A stretch of 40,803 nucleotides of DNA, the filler included, from Acidimicrobiia bacterium (GTDB lineage: Bacteria > Actinomycetota > Acidimicrobiia > Spongiisociales > JAENVV01), in the NCBI GenBank assembly GCA_041577335.1. It is 14 parts of 14 records of this genome, joined end to end, with 100 filler letters (N's around TTAATTAATTAA, not from the genome) between each part and the next. Parts side by side here need not be neighbours in the genome. Positions count along the whole stretch, not along the records: positions 39,271 to 40,803 come from JBFGJH010000128.1; 13 more parts are not named here. One strand, written 5' to 3'. Shown in pieces: positions 40,687 to 40,803 of this stretch. The position numbers and the translations under genes are program-made. Positions within the stretch are counted from its first letter, which is position 1, and the number at the start of each line of letters is the position of its first letter. The notes beneath the pieces are model-generated. The model did not search any database and was not told the DNA's origin. It saw only the letters and a program-made list of their open reading frames with translations.

Positions 40687-40803
40687 ATGGGCGACTTCAG
40701 GAACCTGAGGGTCTGGCGCGAAGGCCACCTGCTTGCACTTGCCGTGTATGCCGCGACCAGTGACCTTCCGTCCGAGGAACGCTTCGGACTGTCGGCGCAG
40801 ATG
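40687..40803 (+). CDS. Four-helix-bundle protein (23S rRNA intervening-sequence / Avd-like family), 3'-truncated
   Basis: My translation is MGDFRNLRVWREGHLLALAVYAATSDLPSEERFGLSAQM, matching the F..L.VW.....LA..VY..T...P.EE.FGL..Q signature. CAGAAT lies 7 nt before the ATG. Not in the ORF track. Confidence 0.88.
   Translation, partial: MGDFRNLRVWREGHLLALAVYAATSDLPSEERFGLSAQM

Noticed and set aside
39219..40688. 489-aa track ORF suggesting a large fusion ending in NuoI
   Set aside because: Only the part from ATG 39590 is NuoI; the rest is an off-frame reading of nuoH. The same applies to the extended track ORFs 18668-19984, 4101-5315, 36408-37577 and 31798-32979.
40687..40803. Diversity-generating retroelement, suggested by the Avd-like fold
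   Set aside because: No reverse transcriptase or TR/VR pair is visible, and the sequence signature fits the stand-alone IVS-type family.

Overview
This window is not one locus. It is 14 short contigs, ordered by decreasing length and joined by artificial 100-nt spacers (N44-TTAATTAATTAA-N44), so gene neighbourhoods only hold within a contig. The DNA is high-GC and looks actinobacterial (WhiB, MMPL-type RND, many leaderless-type starts); Acidimicrobiia is plausible but is an inference. Most content is housekeeping or transport: lysS, panC/panG-like, tdk, rne/rng, rodA, rpmH-rnpA-yidD-yidC-jag, nuoH/I/L/M, inositol, amino-acid and sugar ABC transporters, RND/MFS/EamA/MscS, and tRNA-Val(UAC). 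The most interesting signals are: (1) a four-helix-bundle (23S-IVS/Avd-like) gene, missing from the ORF track, lying antisense just upstream of nuoH next to a 5x heptamer array, which suggests an element-like insertion; (2) an HTH / tandem Sm-like / CpaB-SAF locus; (3) a tRNA-Val with the unusual T-loop AUCGAAA; (4) a long structured leader in front of rne/rng; (5) rnpA apparently starting inside rpmH; (6) an ECF-sigma (SigH/SigR-type) promoter before whiB; (7) two diverged nuoL-nuoM copies, probably from mixed populations in the bin.
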